The notes: generated by a model from the letters alone, not told the origin. DNA of 64,000 nt from Mizuhopecten yessoensis (GCF_002113885.1 NW_018408902.1:1416820-1480819); one strand, 5' to 3'. Positions 1-13,123 are shown, numbered from the stretch's first letter. Numbers and translations: made by a program.

Positions 1-3000
1 GGTACTCCTGATGTGGACGGTGGAATTCTGCTCCACCTCCCGTCAACGTCTAAAGAGTACATTACACTAGAGGTAAGACTATGGTACTCCTGATGTGGAC
101 GGTGGAATTCTGCTCCACCTCCCGTCAACGTCTAAAGAGTACATTACACTAGAGGTAAGACTATGGTACTCCTGATGTGGACGGTGGAATTCTGCTCCAC
201 CTCCCGTCAACGTCTAAAGAGTACATTACACTAGAGGTAAGACTATGGTACTCCTGATGTGGACGGTGGAATTCTGCTCCACCTCCCGTCAACGTCTAAA
301 GAGTACATTACACTAGAGGTAAGACTATGGTACTCCTGATGTGGACGGTGGAATTCTGCTCCACCTCCCGTCAACGTCTAAAGAGTACATTACACTAGAG
401 GTAAGACTATGGTACTCCTGATGTGGACGGTGGAATTCTGCTCCACCTCCCGTCAACGTCTAAAGAGTACATTACACTAGAGGTAAGACTATGGTACTCC
501 TGATGTGGACGGTGGAATTCTGCTCCACCTCCCGTCAACGTCTAAAGAGTACATTACACTAGAGGTAAGACTATGGTACTCCTGATGTGGACGGTGGAAT
601 TCTGCTCCACCTCCCGTCAACGTCTAAAGAGTACATTACACTAGAGGTAAGACTATGGTACTCCTGATGTGGACGGTGGAATTCTGCTCCACCTCCCGTC
701 AACGTCTAAAGAGTACATTACACTAGAGGTAAGACTATGGTACTCCTGATGTGGACGGTGGAATTCTGCTCCACCTCCCGTCAACGTCTAAAGAGTACAT
801 TACACTAGAGGTAAGACTATGGTACTCCTGATGTGGACGGTGGAATTCTGCTCCACCTCCCGTCAACGTCTAAAGAGTACATTACACTAGAGGTAAGACT
901 ATGGTACTCCTGATGTGGATGGTGGAATTCTGCTCCACCTCCCGTCAACGTCTAAAGAGTACATTACACTAGAGGTAAGACTATGGTACTCCTGATGTGG
1001 ATGGTGGAATTCTGCTCCACCTCCCGTCAACGTCAAAAGAGTAAATAACACTAGAGGTAAGACTATGGTACTCTTGATGTGGATGGTGGAATTCTGCTCC
1101 ACTGCGCGTCAACGTCTAAAGAGTAAATTACACTAGAGGTAAGACTATGGTACTCCTGATGTGGATGGTGGAATTCTGCTCCACCTCCCGTCAACATCTA
1201 AAGAGTACATTACACTAGAGGTAAGACTGTGGTACTTTTGATGTGGACGGTGGAATTCTGCTCCACCTCCCTTCCACGTCTAAAGAGTGCATTACACTAG
1301 AGGTAAGACTAGGGTACTCCTGATGTGGACATTGGAATTCTTCTCCACCTCCCGTCAACATCTAAAGAGTACATTACACTAGAGGGAAGACTATGGTACT
1401 CCTTATGTGGACCGTGGAATTCTGCTCCACCTCCTGTCGACGTCTAAAGAGTACATTCCACTGGAGGTAAGACTATGGTACTAAAGAGTACATTACACTA
1501 GAGGTAAGACCATGGTACTCCTGATGTGGTCCCTGGAATTCTGCTCCACCGCCCGTCCATGTCTAAAGAGTTCATTACACTAGAGGTAAGACTAGTGGAA
1601 TTCTGCTCCACCAAAGAGCACATTACACTAGAGGTAAGACTATGGTACTCCTGATGTGGACCCTGGAATTCTGCTCCACCTCCTGTCCACGTCTAAAGAG
1701 TACATTACACTAGAGGTAAGACTCGGGTACTCCTGATGTGTACTGTGGAATTCTGCTCCACCTCTCGTCAACGTCTAAAGAGAACATTACACTAGAGGTA
1801 AGACTATGGAACTCCTGATGTGGACCCTGGAATTCTGCTCCACCTCCTGTCCACGTCTAAGGAGTACATTACACTAGAGGTAAGACTATGGTTCTCCTGA
1901 TGTGGACGGTGGAATTCTTCTCCCCCGCCCATCAACGTCTAAAGAGTAAATTACACTAGAGGTAAGACTAGGGTACTCCTGATGTGGACGGTGGAATTCT
2001 TCTCCCCCGCCCATCAACGTCTAAAGAGTAAATTACACTAGAGGTAAGACTATGGTACTCCGGATGTGGACGGTGGAATTCTGCTCCACCTCCCATCAAC
2101 GTCTTATGGTACTCCTGATGTGGATGGTGGAATTCTGCTCCACCTCCCATCAACGTCTAAAGAGCACATTACACTAGAGGTAAGACTATAGTACTCCTGA
2201 TGTGGACCCTGGAATTCTGCTCCACCTCCTGTCTACGTCTAAAGAGTACATTACACTAGAGGTAAGACTCGGGTACTCCTGATGTGTACTGTGGAATTCT
2301 GCTCCACCTCTCGTCAACGTCTAAAGAGAACATTACACTAGAGGTAAGACTATGGAACTCCTGATGTGGACCCTGGAATTCTGCTCCACCTCCTGTCCAC
2401 GTCTAAAGAGTACATTACACTAGAGGTAAGACTAGGGTACTCCTGATGTGGACGGGGGAATTCTGCTCCACCTCTCGTCAACGTCTAAAGAGTACATTAC
2501 ACTAGAGGAAAGACTATGGTACTCCTGATGTGGACGGTGGAATTCTGCTCCACCCCCCGTCCATGTCTAAAGAGTACATTACACTAGAGGTAAGTCTATG
2601 GTACTCCTGATGTGGACGGTGGAATTCTGCTCCACCCCCCGTCCATGTCTAAAGAGTACATTACACTAGAGGTAAGACTATGGTACTCCTGATGTGGACG
2701 GTGGAATTCTTCTCCACCTCCCGTCAACGTCTAAAGAGTACATTACACTAGAGGTGTCTGGTACTCCTGATGTGGACGGTGGGATTCTGCTCCACCTCCC
2801 ATCAACATCTAAAGATTACATTACACTAGAGGTAAGACTATGGTACTCCTGATGTGGACGGTGGAATTCTGCTCCACCTCCCATTAAACGTCTAAAGAGT
2901 ACATTACACTAGAGGTAAGACTATGGTACTCCTGATGTGGACGGTGGAATTCTGCTCCACCTCCCATCAACATCTAAAGATTACATTACACTAGAGGTAA

Positions 3001-4140
3001 GACTATGGTACTCCTGATGTGGACCGTGGAATTCTGCTCCACCTCCCGTCCACGTCTAAAGAGTACATTACACTAGAGGTAAGTCTATGGTTCTTCTGAT
3101 GTGGACGGTGGAATTCTGCTCCACCTCCCATCAACGTCTAAAGAGGACATTACACTAGAGGTGAGACTGTGGTACTCCTGATGTGGACGGTGGAATTCTG
3201 CTCCACCTCCCATCAACATCTAAAGAGAACATTACACTAGAGGTAAGACTATGGTACTCCTGATGTAGACCGTGGAATTCTGCTCCACCTCCCGTCCACG
3301 TCTAAAGAGTACAATACACTAGAGGTAAGTCTATGGTTCTTCTGATGCGGACGGTGGAATTCTGCTCCACCTCCCATCAACATCTAAAGATTACATTACA
3401 CTAGAGGTAAGACTATGGTGCTCCTGATGTGGACCGTGGAATTCTGCTCCACCACCCGTCCACGTCTAAAGAGTACATTACACTAGAGGTGAGACTGTTG
3501 TTCTTCTGATGTGGATGGTGGAATTCTGCTCCACCTCCCATCAACGTCAAAAGAGTACATTACACTAGAGGTGAGACTGTTGTTCTTCTGATGTGGATGG
3601 TGGAATTCTGCTCCACCTCCCATCAACGTCAAAAGAGTACATTACACTAGAGGTGAGACTGTTGTTCTTCTGATGTGGATGGTGGAATTCTGCTCCACCT
3701 CCCATCAACGTCAAAAGAGTACATTACACTAGAGGTGAGACTGTGGTACTCCTGATGTGGATGGTGGAATTCTGCTCCCCCTCCCATCAACGTCTAAAGA
3801 GTACATTACACTAGAGGTGAGACTGTGGTACTCCCGATGTGGACGGTGGAATTCTGCTCCACCTCCCGTCCACGTCTAAAGAGGACATTACACTAGAGGT
3901 GAGACTGTGGTACTCCTGATGTGGATGGGGGAATTCTGCTCCACCTCCCATCAACGGCTAAAGAGTACATTACACTAGAGGTGAGACTATGGGAATTCTG
4001 CTCCACCTCCCATCAACATCTAAAGATTACATTACACTAGAGGTGAGACTATGGTACTCCTGATGTGGACGGGGGAATTCTGCTCCACCTCCCGTCCACG
4101 TCTAAAGAGTACATTACACTAGAGGTGAGACTATGGTACT
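1..4140 (+). repeat. 82-bp minisatellite (~50 copies, runs off the left edge) derived from a cadherin exon end plus 5' splice site
   Basis: Unit ggtactcctgatgtggacggtggaattctgctccacctcccgtcaacgtctaaagagtacattacactagaggtaagactat; next unit starts at 83. The first ~11 copies are identical and later copies diverge. Confidence 0.97.
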
Positions 4141-4791
4141 TTCATACAAATGTGCTTGACAAACTGTCTTGAATTAACTGGCTATGTGTTACTTCTGGTC
4201 ATAGCAACATAGAATGCTATGTTGAATAGAATACCTTCATTGTAGTCTTAGACTGTTAGTGGTTTTAAACATTTTAACATGTTAAAATTAGAGGTGTGGT
4301 CCTCTTGGCACATTTCTGTACAAAGTTGGTAAATTTCTAACACTGACAAAAAAATAAACTGAAAGTTTTGTATTTTTGTATTTTTTTTTTATAATTGGGA
4401 CTTTGTGGTGACACCTTGATAATCAGTGGCAAGAAGATGGAATTAATGGCAGAGGGAAGACAACTCTCTTTGATTCACTAACCTTTCATTTGAATCTATC
4501 CTTTTTTGTATTGTGATGTTTTGAAATGGCTGATGACTATATTTGGTTGTAAACTGACAGTACAATGTTGCAAAATACATGCCCAAAAATATGAAGGCTT
4601 AGTTAGATTTTATCCCGAGAAATGGTGCCCAAATTAATTAGAAATCATTAAAGTTTTAAGGAAATTTGTACAAAAAACCTTACTCATGATTGTGCAGAAA
4701 TTTCTTTTAAGAAAAAAATGCTACTTCTATTAATTAAGCCTAATGTCAGTTTATGAAGTGATGTACTGAGTATCTATGACAACTATTTCAG

Positions 4792-5095
4792 ATCGTAAAC
4801 AATCACCTACAAGTGACCTACAACCTAAAGGACCATGATGCACCCCTGATGCCTAACGTTCTGTCTCTGTCGTCTGTCCCAGCCAACAATGGACAGTGGC
4901 ATCATGTCAAGTTCACTCGCACTGGCAAATGGTTCCAGCTCAAGATGGATGGAGGGGAAGGTCGTTATTACAACGAGACCTGGGGCAAATTCGGAGAGAG
5001 TCAGAAGTTTAGTCTGCGGAGTGACCAGATTGTGGCTGGAGCTCGCGTTGTGTTTGATGCAACTCCCTCATTTGATAAACGTGGTCTCAAAGACA
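4792..5095 (+). CDS. Classical (neural/type III-like) cadherin, internal exon: laminin-G domain
   Basis: tttcag acceptor at 4790-91, gtaagt donor at 5096. Translates IVNNHLQVTYNL...NNGQWHHVKFTRTGKWFQLKMDGG, with the LamG DGxWH-type motif. Confidence 0.9.
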
Positions 5096-5573
5096 GTAAG
5101 TGAGAGATACTTTTTGTTCTCGCTAATAAACTGGATGAGGGGAGGTAACTTGGAAAATGATATAAGTAATATTGTTGTGTTGATCTTGGGTAGTGTTGTA
5201 CCTGGACAATGTTGTGGTTTTCAAAATGTTTTCTATTTCATGTTCATCTTTGATATTGATTTTGCTGTTTTTTTTTTTCCATATTGGCAAATAGAATAAT
5301 ATATGGTTGCTAAGAATTTGCAGATTTTTTTCTGATCATGAGTACAGTTGCACAATGAAACCTTGGTGAAATAACTGCTGTGTAATTTAAAAAGAAAAAT
5401 AAATAAATAAATTTAGCGAGATTTATGTTATATGAAAACAATGTTTCCAGTTTTACATTGCATATCACAGATATTTATTTTTCCAGTAGAATTAAATTCT
5501 ACAATATGTCTCGAAAGATAATGATCAATTGTCGTCCACCGGACTTAAGATATGATACTTCTATCCGTTCCAG

Positions 5574-5778
5574 CCTGCATCACAGATATCCGAGTGGATG
5601 ATTTGTGGTTCCCGATGCGCGTGGAAGAAAACCTTCACAGCCCTGCAGCAAACCTTTCCCTATACCCCAATGTCCAGATGAACTGTGTCCGTGACAACGA
5701 CTGTACGGGCCACCTCTGTTCAAGTGGCATCCCAATCAGTAAAGAGTGTGTGCCTCTCTGGGGCGACAGAGACTGTAG
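5574..5778 (+). CDS. Cadherin exon: end of LamG (CITDIRV) and EGF-like repeat
   Basis: ttccag acceptor, gtaagt donor at 5779. Phase 1/2 is consistent with the flanking exons; Cys-rich translation. Confidence 0.9.
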
Positions 5779-5919
5779 GTAAGTCATGAAGGGTGCAGGG
5801 CTGATAGGGACTGTAGTTAAATCATGGAGGGGAGCAGGGCTGATAGGGACTGTAGCTAAATCATGGAGGGGAGCAGGGCTGATAGGGACTGTAGCTAAAT
5901 CATGGAGGGGAGCAGGGCT
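5765..5919 (+). repeat. 39-bp tandem repeat (~4 units) seeded on the exon/donor junction
   Basis: gacagagactgtag|gtaagtcatg... is repeated as gatagggactgtag(t/c)taaatcatggaggggagcagggct. Confidence 0.85.
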
Positions 5920-6007
5920 TGACAAAGTACAGTAACATTTCACAAAATTCTACTAGCCCATCCATAATGTTTTTTATGTTTTTAACATTTTATTACTGTT
6001 TCTACAG

Positions 6008-6252
6008 GTGTCCAGCCGGCAGTGAGCCTGGGACTGCGGAGAACTGTATCCCGATTATCTACTGTAAACCCAACCCTTGTTACTCGGGCGGAACATGTAT
6101 AGAGCTCGACTACCCAGACACCTTCATGTGTAACTGTCCCATAGGATGGACAGGTACACTCTGTAACCAACAGGCGCAGTCAGAGGTCATCCCAGCTGGG
6201 GTCACGACAGAAGCACTCGTCATTATCATCGTCAGCATCTTCACCGTCGCAC
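6008..6252 (+). CDS. Cadherin exon: EGF repeat and start of transmembrane helix
   Basis: ctacag acceptor, gtaagt donor at 6253. Translates CKPNPCYSGGTC...CNCPIGWTGTLC, then ALVIIIVSIFTVA. Confidence 0.92.
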
Positions 6253-6803
6253 GTAAGTATGATACCAGCATCGTCACTGTAAGTTTATCCTCCACCTTTC
6301 CCTGTGGATATTGAGGCTTAAAAAAAGACAACATTTTAACCAACGTTCACCAGACATACAGGTTGGATCTCGAGTTAACATTTCAACCAACGTTTACCAG
6401 ACATACAGGTTGGATCTCAAGTACCAGAGCTCTGTATAGATTTTGAAATTATTGCATGAACAGTCAAACCTGCTAGGGAGACCACCTCTAGATCTATTAA
6501 GAGACCACCTGTGTTAAGAGACAATTTGGCCCACTCCTGTTTACAATAAATCAGGATATATACAATTTATATCAGACATTACAATCTTGCATTCAGACAA
6601 GACTATATTACAGTGTTTCAGAGAAAAAAGAAGATAGTTTTTAAATTCTCCCTGGGAATATGTTACCTTTACACTAGCAGCTGACTCAAGTAAATTTTCA
6701 AGTGCACTGGGTACTTATTACAGCAAATATGGTATAGTATAGAGAAGTTGATCTGAGTTTATATATTGATAAAGATTGGGTGTGATTCATTGGTTTGTTA
6801 CAG

Positions 6804-6932
6804 TGATCGTGATGCTTGTTTTCCTGTTGGTTTGGAAACTGACCAAGTGTGACACGGAGAAATCTATCTTGTATGATGACCAATACGACGACATCCGCGA
6901 GAATGTCATGGACCACGACGAGGAAGGGGCAG
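6804..6932 (+). CDS. Cadherin exon: end of TM helix and juxtamembrane (p120-binding) region
   Basis: ttacag acceptor, gtcagt donor. Translates IVMLVFLLVWK...DDIRENVMDHDEEGAG, the conserved cadherin DxRENxxxYDEEGGG-type motif. Confidence 0.93.
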
Positions 6933-7320
6933 GTCAGTCAACCGCAACATTGACTATTTTAACACTATCTGTATACATGCTAGTATTATATGTACACATT
7001 TCATGAAACAGTAAATTATTGTTTGCTGTAAAGGTGGACATTTTTATGGTCTTTGTAAATTCTCACTTTTTTGTGTATGATAAATTAGTATGAAAATGAC
7101 AACACCCATTACATATCGATACTGTGTAACATTAAATGTTCGTGGGTACTTTCTTTCATTGTATGAAGTTATTTAGATTTTGTGGTACAAACTTTTGTGA
7201 GCATTTGTAAACTAAATCTGTTGTGGGTTTTTTCGTGGTTCCATAGCAAGCACTATTTTTATTGGAAAATTATTTAACTGAGTGTATTCAGTTTAACTTA
7301 ATATGACCTTTGACCTCCAG

Positions 7321-7419
7321 GTGAAGAGGATCAGGACGGATATGACATATCTGGCTTACGTAAGCCAGATCAGCCCTTCCTTCTACCATCCCAGGGGAGG
7401 CCGGATAAAGGTTTGTATA
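7321..7419 (+). CDS. Cadherin cytoplasmic exon (not in the ORF track)
   Basis: ctccag acceptor. Translates GEEDQDGYDISGLRKPDQPF..., completing the GEED motif. gtaagt donor at 7420, with an alternative in-phase donor at 7411. Confidence 0.88.
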
Positions 7420-7762
7420 GTAAGTGTTGTTTTCTTTACTCTTCTTTAATATTCTCATTGTAAATCCAGAATGTAGGTTATACTTGACTCTTCCTACACT
7501 CTCTTCTAGCATTTGAAAATATCTGGAAGTTAAATAAAATATTAAAATGATGATTAAATTCATTTGAGAATGTTTTGTGGAAAAATGAAATTTTTGAAAA
7601 CAAATAAGCAAAACATATTTTCTTTTTAATTTCTTTATTTGATATCTCTAAAAAATTGAATAGCAAAAATTTAAATATATCAAAAAAATAAATAAATGCA
7701 ATATCATAAAATTTGAAACTTGTACCAGAAAATATTCAATATAAATATTTTTTCTTTTCAAG

Positions 7763-8025
7763 TGCGCCCTGGTGAGACTCCAGATGTTGGAAGTTTCATA
7801 GAAGACCGCCTGATTGATGCTGACAGTGACTCAAATGCTCCTCCCCACGACAACGTCATGGAGTTCGCGTACGAGGGCGGGGACAGCGACCTGGGGTCAT
7901 TGAGTTCACTCCACACAAGTTCCAGTGGCGGGGACCAGGACTACGAGTACCTAGATGACTGGGGACCAAAGTTCTCCAAACTAGCAGACATGTACCAATC
8001 AGTTCCCACTGAGGACCATTTGTGA
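7763..8025 (+). CDS. Cadherin last coding exon: beta-catenin-binding C-terminus
   Basis: Translates [24 protein letters not shown]...FAYEG...GSLSSL...[21 protein letters not shown]; TGA at 8023-8025. Confidence 0.96.
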
Positions 8026-11000
8026 CCCCAGCAGTCCTAGGCTTCATCTATCATGTGCTCATGGACGCTGTTTTGTAGCCCACAAACCAGTTTTCAATCT
8101 TCGGAGAAGTTATTTACAATCATCAATTCTTAGATCCTCATTTAACAGTGAAATTAGGTGACATATGGACACCTTGTGCATCTTGAAAAGATTCTGATCC
8201 GTGTGTTACGGACGATTAAAACAGAGTGCTATATCATGTATTGTACGCTGATCAAAGAAAGATCAGTTCCCGTTCGTAGGGTCAGTATGTTCAAATGGTG
8301 ATCATACCAACATACATTTAACTCCGAAGTTAATGACATGAGAAATTGTGCATTTCCATTCCTCAACATTCTGTGTGTGATCAAATCTTTACTGAATTTG
8401 TGGAAGAAAGTCAAGATATACACAATTATCATAGAAGAAACCAAAGATATTTTACTGTGAAAAAATATGTAGCAAGTATATATCATAGACAGGAGGTAGT
8501 TGTTGATTCTAGTCAGGGACACATCTGTCTAGGAGAAACGTATCCTGCAACAATTCTCATTTTGTATGTGTGTATGTGTGTTTATACACGTTTTACTTGT
8601 ACACATGTGTCAGACTGATACAGGCTGTATTTCGACATAACTGTTTTAAATGGTTTTGTGTTCTGGATGTGAAAATGACAATTTGCTAAGCATTCTTCGC
8701 TCCACAACAAAGTCAGCTGTGTGCTACCATTCAACAATAAGTTGCATTTGTCATCAGTGTTTTCTGGATATTTTGGATAAATATATATTGTTCAACTGTA
8801 TAAAGCTAAAGGGAGATAAGTCTTATTTTGATATCGCACTTGACATCCATAGTGAAAGTGACTTCATATTGTGTGTTACTGGGCAACGTGCTCGGTGCTA
8901 TATATAGCCCACTGGATATTTGTTTTAATTAAATGTATGTGATTCCCCCCTGAATACACTAATGGACTGATGACCATTCCAGTGGTATACAAAGTCCAAT
9001 TGGAGGATAGTGGGGATTGTTCCAGGGAACATATTTTCATGTTCCCAGGAATACAATGGTTGTGCAAATAATTTAAAAAATAAATCAAAATGGTCAGTTC
9101 CAAGCAATGATGAGAGACCAGTATCAGAGTTGTCAATTGATGACCTTGCTTGCTACTAGTGTATGAAAAGTATTCATAATATTGTGTAATATTTTGAGGT
9201 TGTCCTTGAACACATTTTGATGTTTGACTCATTCCACTGAGCGTAGTGATAGAGTAAATACTGAAAATACTGTATTCAGGAAGAAAAAAATCCAGACTGG
9301 TAAAGATGACTTTTGCAGTGAGAGACTTAGCCAATGCATGTAGTCAGAATCTAATGGTGGATAAAGCGTTGATATATTCCTTCATATCAAGGCAAGAAGA
9401 GATAGATTTATATAGGTTAAATTAAGATGCTACTTATATTTCAAATTCATTAAATGTTAGCAAGGTTATGTGAGAGATTAGAGTCAGGTAGTGTATTATA
9501 TATGTAACACGAAAGTAGACAGATGAGAAAAAGATAGAGTGAGGTAGTGTATTATATATGTAAAATGAAAATGGAAAGATTGAATGAGAGAAAGGTAGAT
9601 AGAAGGAAGTAATGTATTGTATATGTGTAATGAAAGCAGAAAGATTGTATGAGAGACAGATGGCGAAGAGAGAGATAGTGTTGTAAAAAAAAGGAAGTAA
9701 AGAGTGGTTATTGTATTTGAAGAAAGATAAAGAGAAGAGAGAGAGCAAGAGAGTTATAGTGTATTATATATGTAAAAAGAAAATAGAAGTTGGGTGATAG
9801 ATTTGATATACAGATGGACCAAACCATGTGCCCAGAGAAATTTCAGCTATATAACATATAGTACCTATTTACTTGAGTGTGGTAACTTTGGTGCATCTTG
9901 TAGTCATATTGGAAAGGGGTTTTTCAACTGGAATTTTCAAAATCACACCTTGCCATTTCCATGTGTGAAACCTGACCAATGATATATTGACCAATGACAT
10001 GCTTACAAAAATCATCACCTGTATCATTATGTCGAACACAAATAATACATCATTTAGACTTAATTCCAGAAATGTTCCAACTCCATGCAAATGATATTCA
10101 AATAGCACGGTACCAGAGGCTGCAAAAAACATAACCTATTTCTTCCTCATTTAACCATTTTTCTTGATCATAATTAAATTAGTTGTAATTTTCATTGTGT
10201 ATCACAGAAGTATATTTGCTATGGTCTATCTGCTCTCAATTTAACCAGCACTGAATGACATCAATTATAAATTTATTTTCTTCATCATGAAAAAAATATT
10301 GATAAGTGCATTATTTTCTGTTTAAAAAAAAATGATCTCATTAGTTATCTCATATCACCTTGGCAACAGGATGCACCAATATATACCATTATATATATAT
10401 ATAAACAATGACAAGTAAGTATCACCCTAAATGAATATTCATCATGTCATTTAATGCACATATTTTAAGGAACAGAATTTCATTGTATTCCATCTTCACC
10501 TTCATCATCATCAGATTGCCATGTTAAAGCATCACATTTTTTTTTAATATTTTGATACATTTTGAGAGAAAAAAAATCGTTTTTATTGAAGTTGTATTTT
10601 TCAAGTCTTGCCTTCTCATAAAATATATTCACCACAGTTTGTATTTGGTTGACGATCATATGGTCTGTAGTTGATATCGCTTTAAATTACATCTTTAGGT
10701 TTGTCTTTACATTAGTGAAATGATTTTGTATTTGAATGATCTTGTGTACATGTTGTCATAGAAAGTTTAAAGATTTGCTTGCTGTCATCATAGTATCATC
10801 ACGGTCATCCTTTTAAGCCACTATCTTGAATTGCACTGCCAAGCTTTTACTTTTTCCCCCATTATTATCAATGCAATTAGCATGCTTTACTTTTAAAAGA
10901 CCAAGAGAGAACACATGATATTTAACCGTCATGCTAAAAACCATTATTAGAAACGTTTTAGCAATCATAACAATAACTTTTACAGAAACTGTTCTGATTG

Positions 11001-11689
11001 ATTATTACAGGGTATATTAATTTGTAATTCTTCATTACTATTGTCTCAGAAAAATTTATCATTCTTAATTTTTTTGGGGTTGATATAGAATTATAGAAAA
11101 TATATTTTCATCCGTCTCCATTGTTTTCAAATGTTCAAAACTTGAGTTTCATACATAAGAAGAAGTGTGTGAGTGTAACAGACACAATTTAGACTGTTGT
11201 CCTTCACATAACAAGTTTGGTCGGTAATTCAAAGGAGTTTTAATTAAGCGGTGTGGTTGTGAATTGATGTGTGCAATATTCCACGCTAATTTATATCATC
11301 ATCACCAAACAATTTTGATGCATGATGAGAATGTGTTTAAACATTTCCCCCAAGTAAATTTGTCATATACGTGGCTTTTAAAGCTTATGATTATGTTGAA
11401 ATTCAGGTGCTTTGAGATTTCTTTTTAATATTGGTACCATGTGTAAATTATGCAAAGTTTTTTGCGTCCTTTGTAATAAGTTTGTCTTCGGCTGTATTTG
11501 TTGGTATAGCTAAGAGTTGATTTTAATCTACGGTACGTGTCATCTTGTTGTTGCTTACTTAACAGTGGAATCCGCTCATTGTAATATCCTGTTTGTCTGA
11601 ACTTGTTACTTTGACTAAAACAGTTTTGACAGGTATGTTATATCAAAGGAAATGTGATATTAGCAGAAATATTACATAAATGAAAATGT

Positions 11690-11998
11690 GTCATTAAAGG
11701 GAATGTGACATTACCAGGAATATTATATTAACCAAAATGTTACATTAAGGTAATTATTACATTAACAGGAATATGACTTAACCAAAATGTTACATTAAAG
11801 GGAAAGTAAGTTACATTAAAAGGAATATGACATTACCTAAGTGTTACATTAAATGGAAAGTAAGTTACATTAAAAGGAATATGACATTACCTGAGTGTTA
11901 CATTAAAGGGGAAGTAAGTTACATTAAAAGGAATATGACATTACCTAAGCGTTACATTAAAGGGAAAGTAAGTTACATTAAATGGAATATGACATTAA
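11690..11998. repeat. 54-bp minisatellite, ~4 good and several degenerate copies
   Basis: Recurring ggaatatgacattacc...gttacattaaa...agtaagttacattaaa; 18-aa periodicity in the ORF track. Confidence 0.85.
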
Positions 11999-13123
11999 CG
12001 TTTATTACAAAACAGGAACCTTCATTATTTTACTTAGATACTCGGGTAAAAATTGTTGAATTGGGAATAGGAACACAGTACCTATAGCATAATTTAAAGG
12101 TGTCTTTTGTTATTTAATTTGTCCAGGTTAACTTCAATGTTTTATTGGATGAAAAGTGCCAATTCTGGTAAGTTTTAATAAATGTAGTATACGTTTGGAT
12201 ATTACACTTCGTGGAAGCCACTGTAGTAAAATGAGAGAGATGTTACATACAAGAGCATAATATTTGTATAAGATCTGATGATCTTGAACTTGCCATGGTA
12301 GAATTGGTTATAGATAGAAATAATTTATCCGTGTCCTCAATGAAATGAAATATAAGGACCAGCTTATTTAGAAAATGTAAAATAGCAACAGAGTAGCTTA
12401 TGAGAAACTATGATTTGGTTAATTTTCCTTGTTCTAGTTTGTTAACTCTTTATATCATTGGTTGTGAACTTTGACCTACATGTAGTTTATAGTTTGTATG
12501 TCAGTATCGTTATTGTAGATATGTGGATTAAAGCTATTCATACTTTCAAGCTTCTTCAACAATGATGAACATCTCAGTACTTCTAATATAATAGTACAAA
12601 ATGCAATTTGATTAAATAACTCATCTAAATCATTCAGTCGTAAAATGTATTTGGCGAAATGTTTTCCAAATTTCATAATACTGTAGGTGCCGCTAGAGCT
12701 AAAGGTTAACAAGAAAAACAATTGATAATACATATAGTAGTCAGTACTGTATTGGCTGTATTTGGTGCCCATGTGATTTGCAAATATTCCGTCTTTGCGT
12801 ATTGCAGAGTTATCTTCTCTTGGGAGCAGGTATTGACTGTTACGTCATTGGTTTGTGTGAGAAAATTACGTCGTTTTCTCAAAAATTGATGACGTTACTC
12901 TCACAAACAAGTGACGTAACAATCAATACCTGCTCCCAAGAGAAGATAACTCTGCAATACGCAAAGACGGAATATTGGGACACTTGATAACAATTGTTTT
13001 AAAACAAAAAATTTGTTTGTTTTTCTGCTTTGAAGATAAACGTCTTCTCAGCATTTGACAGATAATTTCTATTTAGTTATGATAATGTCACCATATCAGG
13101 TTGTTGTTAAATGCCCTTCTTAC

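Noticed and set aside
1-4140. CRISPR-like array, or the ORFs at 899-1102 and 1968-2153
   Set aside because: Head-to-tail repeats without unique spacers, no cas genes, eukaryotic context. The minus-strand ORFs are by-products of the repeat.
8229-12987. Numerous short ORFs downstream of the cadherin stop
   Set aside because: AT-rich, low-complexity translations with no recognisable motifs; consistent with UTR or intergenic DNA.
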